64,000 nucleotides of DNA from contig SMSO01000032.1 of the NCBI GenBank assembly GCA_004764695.1, positions 5,612,483-5,676,482 of the forward strand, given 5' to 3'. The stretch is from Schizochytrium sp. TIO01. Taxonomy: Eukaryota; Protista; Bigyra: Labyrinthulomycetes. The position numbers and the translations under genes were made by a program. Shown one piece after another: positions 57,512 through 64,000 of this stretch. Numbering within the stretch: the first letter of the stretch is position 1; every line of letters starts with the position of its first letter. The notes below the pieces were generated by a model. The model was not told the origin of the DNA. It searched no databases and saw nothing but the letters and a program-made list of their open reading frames with translations.

Positions 57512-58715
57512 TCTTAAATCCGTGTGGACTCTCTGTCGAATCATTATTTGAGCTGCAGGTTCGAACAATGCGCTGTTAGGGAATTACATCATACCACTTT
57601 GTTGCTTTATGGTCCACACGTCTTGTCCTATAAGAAGTCCCTAGAAGATATATATATATTTATTTATTTTAATTTTAATTAAAAAAATTGATGGGCCCTA
57701 TAGAAATGAAATTAATTTCCTAGCACTTTAAAAAATAAATATTAAAAGATACTGCTGCTTAAATATTATATATAATGCTAGTCCTTTTTATTTACATCGA
57801 AGAGCTCCGCAAGCTAAACTTATACTTTTTGAATAAACGGCGTTTTTCATCGCAAGACCCAGACCACTTTACATAGAACCCGAACCTAACTCCTTCATTA
57901 ATTTGCTGTAATGAAATTCGATAATCGAAACCAACATTTTATCTGAGACAGATTGTTCAATTGTTCGCAAGATTTTGTATTTTAATTTCATTCAAAGAGA
58001 AAAAAAGTACTCATGTATATATTAATCGGTGTGCGAAGTGAACCAACCAAGTTGAAGGAGCGCACTTGAATTCAACTTGGAAGTGTGGAGTCTCCCAAAT
58101 TCTCTTGCACCCACACACAAAACAAGGTTCACTCGCTCATTTCGCTACAATGCTTACTCTGAAGGCCGAGCCCGTCTCTGTGAGTCCGGGTCTCTCAGCG
58201 TGTTCTGTCCACCAATCCAACTCAGTTCTCTGTTTTCTAAAAGGGGGCGCACGCCAACAATATCTGATAATGCAATGACGATCAATTGTATTAAAAACAT
58301 GTCAATCCTAGGAGTATTTTAGGAACTGGATACCTAAGTAGACTAATAGTAATAGTGATATGTATCACTCATTTTAGTTTGTTAATTAAAAGAATTGAAA
58401 TTTAAAAAAAATAAAATAATAATAATAAAAGGAACAAGAGAAGAAATATATTATTATTTAAACAGCCTAGTACAGGTAGCCGGTAGATAGGTATCAATCA
58501 AAGTTCAAAATTATATAATCTACACGGTAATAGTATCTCTAGACCACGCAGTCTCGGAGAAAAAGTCTCCACAATACATGGGAAAAGCGTCGACGGCCCC
58601 AAATCCTAAGTTTGGAGTGAACCGCTTTCACACGGCTTAGATACCGCCAATCGATCGGGCTCGTCAAAAAGGAGGTTCATTTTGAAATAAAGCAAACAAC
58701 CTAATATTGATCATT

Positions 58716-58991
58716 TTATGAAGGTTTATAGTATACTATCATGTAATAGGCCTGAAGAACCCGATTGCCCTTGTATAGGCAGGCGGATTTCAGAGAAGGA
58801 TAGAGCTTCTTAATGCGCTGCACCAGGTTATCATCAGCATCCAAATGCTTGGATGTGCCGTGGAAGTATTCGCGAACCCTTGTCAGGAAATTCTTTGGGA
58901 ACTGCAAAGGGTCTCGCTCAAGCTCAGCGTCAAAAAACTGGCTATACGTACTGGGGATGGGGTTGTTGACGCTCAACGCTAAAGACCTCAT
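58716..58991 (-). CDS. Small ORF or gene fragment (91 aa), unknown
   Basis: ATG-initiated ORF with globular-looking composition, in a higher-GC island between AT-rich tracts. Confidence 0.25.
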   Translation of the reverse strand: MRSLALSVNNPIPSTYSQFFDAELERDPLQFPKNFLTRVREYFHGTSKHLDADDNLVQRIKKLYPSLKSACLYKGNRVLQAYYMIVYYKPS

Positions 58992-59428
58992 TTTTGGCGT
59001 TTCTACGATTTCTCCAGCCCACCCTCCGCAGCTCAGGACGCACTATTTTTTCACTCAGCGGGCGACTTTGTCTCAGAGACAGCGTGCTAGGTATTTATGG
59101 AACTTTTTCAGATCTAATATCTATTAGTATGCAAAAAGTCTCTAGAAAACGAATTGTAAGATTCACTTTTTGTACATCTAGATCTTTAAGAATGGACTAC
59201 CTAGTAGAATAAATGAAGATTAAATGCCCCAAGCTCCTTATTATAATTAATTAAAGGAAAAAATAGAGTTCAACTTCAAAAATTCAGATAATAACATTAG
59301 AAAATTAAAAATTAAACATGACAACTTGAGAGAATTATTAGTTCTAAGTCACTTCTACATGCCCCCTTTTTTTTTCTTTTTTTTTAATTAAAAATATGTC
59401 AAAACTAATTTAAAAACAACTTAAACAA

Positions 59429-62400
59429 TTATGAATAATCTGGCTTGACTACAACATTGCCTTGTTTGATAACAACGCTTCCGGATTGACTACGATGAAC
59501 TCGCCTCTTTCTACGAATAATCATAAATGCGGCCACGGCTGCTACAATGGCAAGAGCACAAACAATTGCAACTGGAATAGCAATATATAGAGTTTTAGCA
59601 GAAACTGTGCTCTCAGTGGTTGTACTTGATGAAGACCTAGAGCTTTGACAGGAATCATAGGCAACGATTGAACTATCAGAGCTAAATCCATAGTCTTCGC
59701 AAATTCCATCGATATTGTATGTGGACAACTGACAATAGTTTGTATCTGTCTCGTTGAGAGTGCAGTCAACTGTTAGCGTAATATTTCCATAATATGAAGC
59801 GGGAGGAATGCGAAATCCAGCTCGCTCATAATATGTCAGCCCAAGCTGTCCATATGCTGGAGACTCTGAGTAATCAGCTCTCGAAGAACTCTGTGGTACG
59901 TAACGGAAGAATAACAACCCACGATTAGTATCAAAGTAGTACAGGTCTCCCGTGCCATTGATAACTGCCTGGAGCGAAGCAGCAGACGAAAAATTTTGCT
60001 CGCAATAGTCGAGCGAATGCCATGGGTAGCACCAATAAGCAGACCGATAGGTCATATTAAATACTGAACCTGCCGGATACGGCATAGCAATGATAAGAAG
60101 ATCATCTTCATCAATTTGAGCTTTGCGAAACACAGCCTCAACGGGACTACCCGAATCAAAGAGAAGAAGAAAGCCAAACCCGCCAGTGGCACCCGAGATA
60201 ACTGCATTACCTTCAATTGGAAGGCCAACTTCACTAGGCTCTCCTTCTTGGCCAATTCTCATTACTGATCCTACCCGAGGGCAGTCAATGGACTTGTACG
60301 CTCCATTACTGCATATACTGACCTCTGAAAATTGCTCTACCAATGTAGGATCAAATTGAACTGTGAAACTAGCAATGCCTCTCTTATTTCCTGTAATTGG
60401 AGAAATGGCGTCGCAAGAGTAATAATCATTTATCAATGTGCAATTATCGTCAAGCTTCCAGAACTCAATGCCTTCACGACCTGAACCAACAATACGAGGG
60501 CCATTTCCATCACCACTCAACGTTCCATCCGCATCTAACAGGTTAGCAAGGTATCCGCTAACAGAGAGGTAAGTGGAGACTGTCTGACTAAAGAGAAGTG
60601 TTTTGTTGCACTGGTCATATGTAACATCATTAATGACCTCTTGAAAACCTGGTACATACTCATCAGAATGCGTCAAAAAGCGCCAAATTGGTGAGCTCCT
60701 TTCCGGGTTGCCACATTTCCGCATAATTATGCCATCAATAATATGACGCTGATCTACATCATAGGTTTCATATCCAACATAACTCGAGTAGAACCAGCGT
60801 TTGGAGTACCAGTCTGTTCCAGATTGAACGGGTTCGAAGTTTCCAGAGCGGCAGACAAAAAGAATATTGTTCAAAAAGTGCTCACCAAGAATACCTACTG
60901 GGCGTGTAGTATCGTGAACCTCCATTGAATTAAAGGTTCCTCGTCTTCCCCAATTGTTTACACCCCAGTTGCTTAGAAATACCTTCGTATTATTCATCAC
61001 AAGTGGGCACGAGTAAGAGTCATCTCCAGGGTCACACATGGTATTTCGGCCGCTTACAATCCGGCCTGGATTATATTGCAAAAGAGAACTCGAGCTGTTA
61101 ACATGTTTTAGCTGTCCACCCACATAAATGCAACCTGCTGAACTCCACCAAAATCCAGAAGAATGACACGTATTTCCATCAAACTCCAAGAATGGTCGGT
61201 TTTCAGGTAAACCTCCACTTGGGAAGTCCCAATCCCGGTAATCCATAATAGGCTCGGGCAGCTGTACTATAGCAAAGCCCGAGTATCCTCCAGAAGCAGC
61301 ATTGCCGTAGTAGCGATTGTATGCACGTGTAATGTAAAAGGGGCTAGCTGTCAGATCTGCAGGTTGGGTTAACGTGGAGTTTTGTACAACGGCAGTAATG
61401 TATTGGTTGTTACTTCTCTGAGGATAGCCAATAAAATGAACATGCGCAGCAAGATTGTACGCGAGAGTGTTGTTCTCTTCCACGCCGTCCTCACCACTAT
61501 AAAAGCAATGACCAATCGCATCATACGCAACGTTGTCTGAAATCAACGAGTGATTTGTCCCATGAATCGTTGCACACCGGTAGAAAGTGTGATGCATACT
61601 TGAGTGCTTCAGGTACGAGTCTACACCACCTTCACCCATGTGGTGAAAGTGGAATGGATACCGAGCTAACACGTTTGTTTGACCCATGCGATACAGCTCT
61701 ACACCTTCGAATCGCACGGTCGCATTTGTTCCGTTACCGAGCGTGTGCCCACCGTAGCCTGTGAGATGCTTATCAATGCAAGGGTAGCTACCATACTCGC
61801 TGTTGTAGCAAATATCATCATCTGCATCAGTGCCCTCCGAAGTAATATCACCCTGGATGATGATGTTGTGCGAGAGCAGGCCAACTTCGGCTTGGTACTC
61901 CGATCCTCCGTAGTGGGTGTAATTTAATGCCTCGGTAACCGTAATACGGGAGAAGTCCCCACTAATCTCTACGTTCGAGATCGTACGAACCTCGTTATGG
62001 TGCCAGTCTCTCGAGTCCTTGAGCTCGGTCGCTACTACAACGATTTGTTGGCCAGCTTGCCAGTTGACCTTGTGTTGCAAGTAGATTTGTGTGTCACTGG
62101 CAGAGGCTGTAGCAGCAAGCCGGGACCAGGTGGGATGAAAGATAGAGCCGTGTACATCAAGTACACCATTGCCCTGAGCAGTGATGCCTTTGTAGTGCGA
62201 CGAGACTGGAAATGAGGACGGCCTGGACCCATGCAAGGTGATGGAGATATCACTGTGCAATCGGCATGTCTCAGAGCCTAATACAAGCTTGCCATCAACG
62301 CTGATGCCCGTAGTGTTGAGCATAATGTCTTCATCTGCGAACACAAGTTCTGAACTTGCAGGAATTGTAATGAGACCATAAACTGTATCGGCAGAGACTG

Positions 62401-62770
62401 AGCAACCACTGATGAGCACCCGTGAGTTTTCGGGTAAGGTTACGTCTTCGCCGTCTGCCGGGACAGCTGAGCCCCAAGTTGATGCATCTTCCCAAGGTAG
62501 GAGTTCATCAGCGTCTTCATCAAAAGGGCAGCTCGTACGTGAGTTCCAGCCATCCGGAGGGGAATTTGGTGTCACTCGAAGCTGAACGACTTCTGTAGCT
62601 TCTGCAATACCAATAAGTTCGGACGTGTCGAAGCCAGAGTCACTGGGATATGCTGGCGCAGTTGTGGTAGAGGTCACAGTGCAGCTTGCTGCCAAGGACT
62701 TGGGTATGATCAGGCAAACGAGTGCTGCAAGCGCAAGAACGGAGGACACGGCCCTTCGTTGTCTTGCCAT
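59429..62770 (-). CDS. G8-domain / beta-helix type I membrane protein, copy 3
   Basis: Same architecture as copy 1. Signal peptide ending SLA and a C-terminal TM followed by RRKRR. Confidence 0.88.
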   Translation of the reverse strand: MARQRRAVSSVLALAALVCLIIPKSLAASCTVTSTTTAPAYPSDSGFDTSELIGIAEATEVVQLRVTPNSPPDGWNSRTSCPFDEDADELLPWEDASTWGSAVPADGEDVTLPENSRVLISGCSVSADTVYGLITIPASSELVFADEDIMLNTTGISVDGKLVLGSETCRLHSDISITLHGSRPSSFPVSSHYKGITAQGNGVLDVHGSIFHPTWSRLAATASASDTQIYLQHKVNWQAGQQIVVVATELKDSRDWHHNEVRTISNVEISGDFSRITVTEALNYTHYGGSEYQAEVGLLSHNIIIQGDITSEGTDADDDICYNSEYGSYPCIDKHLTGYGGHTLGNGTNATVRFEGVELYRMGQTNVLARYPFHFHHMGEGGVDSYLKHSSMHHTFYRCATIHGTNHSLISDNVAYDAIGHCFYSGEDGVEENNTLAYNLAAHVHFIGYPQRSNNQYITAVVQNSTLTQPADLTASPFYITRAYNRYYGNAASGGYSGFAIVQLPEPIMDYRDWDFPSGGLPENRPFLEFDGNTCHSSGFWWSSAGCIYVGGQLKHVNSSSSLLQYNPGRIVSGRNTMCDPGDDSYSCPLVMNNTKVFLSNWGVNNWGRRGTFNSMEVHDTTRPVGILGEHFLNNILFVCRSGNFEPVQSGTDWYSKRWFYSSYVGYETYDVDQRHIIDGIIMRKCGNPERSSPIWRFLTHSDEYVPGFQEVINDVTYDQCNKTLLFSQTVSTYLSVSGYLANLLDADGTLSGDGNGPRIVGSGREGIEFWKLDDNCTLINDYYSCDAISPITGNKRGIASFTVQFDPTLVEQFSEVSICSNGAYKSIDCPRVGSVMRIGQEGEPSEVGLPIEGNAVISGATGGFGFLLLFDSGSPVEAVFRKAQIDEDDLLIIAMPYPAGSVFNMTYRSAYWCYPWHSLDYCEQNFSSAASLQAVINGTGDLYYFDTNRGLLFFRYVPQSSSRADYSESPAYGQLGLTYYERAGFRIPPASYYGNITLTVDCTLNETDTNYCQLSTYNIDGICEDYGFSSDSSIVAYDSCQSSRSSSSTTTESTVSAKTLYIAIPVAIVCALAIVAAVAAFMIIRRKRRVHRSQSGSVVIKQGNVVVKPDYS
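61411..62677. repeat. Second copy of the ~1.27-kb repeat (in G8 copy 3)
   Basis: Matches 50780-52046 at offset 10631. Confidence 0.92.
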
Positions 62771-63842
62771 CTTGCGACTGATGTGTTAGTACAATGGTGG
62801 ACAGCTCTGTGCGACTGTTTCTTAAGTGGTCCCGCCAACTCTAGGCACAGCGTGGACGTGTGCAATTGGTGTTTTGCATTGCATCGAAAGTTTCTAAATT
62901 TGACGATTTCAAGGTACAACACCTTGATGATGGTGTATTGCCCCTCGGGGGTAGGTTATATACTTTTAAATTTTATCCACTAGAATCGGTAGTAATCCAT
63001 TAACTAGTGATAGTAATATCATATCCCTCATTCAAAGTTCGAGTCTTTTTTGAGTGTTTTTTATTTTCCAATTTTTTACAATAAAAAAAGAAAAGTACCT
63101 AGTAGGCCCGGTAGTAAAGGTATTGCTGTAGACACTTTCACTGACATTGGGAGCAAAAGCTACTACCTAGGTAGGTAGTACAGAGTGGTAATAATACTGC
63201 CCTTTGAAAACACTTTAGTCAGGGTACCTCCCTAGCTAGGTACCTACGTCCCAGAGAATTGGAAATGCTTGGATTCACATACGTATAGGCCTATATAGAA
63301 TCATTTTATGCTCGTTATCTTGGCTGTGAACTACCTTCCAATAGTTATATGTAACATCAATAATGCACACATTTTAAATTGTGATTTCATTCCTTTTAAT
63401 AAAATAATCATTATTTTTGTTTATAAAATTATATACACAGCCTCGCCAAAAGATCACGATGGGGTGTGTTTTTTATGTGCATATTATGAAAATGAAAAAT
63501 GTGCGCACGCCATCCACCCCTTTGTAATTCGTCTTGGAGAATGATACACAGTGGACAGGAGGTACACATTATAGAGCTGCAATAAAGCGCACGCCCAATA
63601 GTGAACTAGTCGTGTGTGCAACTTTAGAGCCACTCTCGGACTCAGCTCATTGCTGATATTGGCCCTTTTGCAAGATGGCGATTAGGATTACTTTCTTCCA
63701 TCATTCTTAAACAAGCAAGTACTTGCAGTGCAGTACAATCTTATCAAGCTGGACCAGAAAACAAAGGATCACTTTTGATCACACTCTATGGACGTTGTCT
63801 TCGTTAAAGGTGTTGACCATTAAGATGTTGCTCAACCTGTTG

Positions 63843-63846
<4 letters not shown>

Positions 63847-63892
<46 letters not shown>
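63847..63892. repeat. (TA)n microsatellite
   Basis: Seen directly in the sequence. Confidence 0.95.
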
Positions 63893-63896
<4 letters not shown>

Positions 63897-64000
63897 TATA
63901 AAAAACAACAAGGGTGGAGGTATTTCGACAGCAGAGATTTTAAGCATACTTGTAGCGAGTAAACAATGTTTTGAGTTGACATTTACTCTAGTTGAAAGAT

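Noticed and set aside
50780-62677. 1.27-kb direct repeats considered as LTRs flanking an element
   Set aside because: Both copies lie in-frame inside paralogous CDSs, and no gag/pol or target-site duplication is evident.

Overview
Eukaryotic nuclear DNA with mostly intronless genes, AT-rich microsatellite-laden spacers and no rRNA, tRNA or CRISPR. Gene content and style suggest a heterotrophic stramenopile, probably a thraustochytrid/labyrinthulomycete; this is inference. Recognisable genes are a C2CD6/CatSper-tau-like protein, a P4-ATPase flippase, holocytochrome c synthase, a GT61 glycosyltransferase, eIF5, a Zn-dependent MDR dehydrogenase, a secreted 8-Cys repeat protein, a cytochrome P450, a membrane-anchored YihQ-like GH31, OGFOD1/Tpa1 and three tandem G8-domain type I membrane proteins. 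A decayed REase-kinase (Crinkler/CR-effector-like) island lies at about 28-30.4 kb. The most interesting observations are: (1) a P450 with a textbook PTS2 peroxisomal signal in place of a membrane anchor; (2) a twin-CX9C domain fused to the C-terminus of HCCS; (3) a multi-TM sulfoquinovosidase-like enzyme; (4) a sharply bounded gene-conversion mosaic among the G8 paralogues; (5) a possible CatSper-tau homologue; (6) recurrent TAG/CTA-rich patches in intergenic DNA. All family assignments come from motif recognition only; no searches were run.
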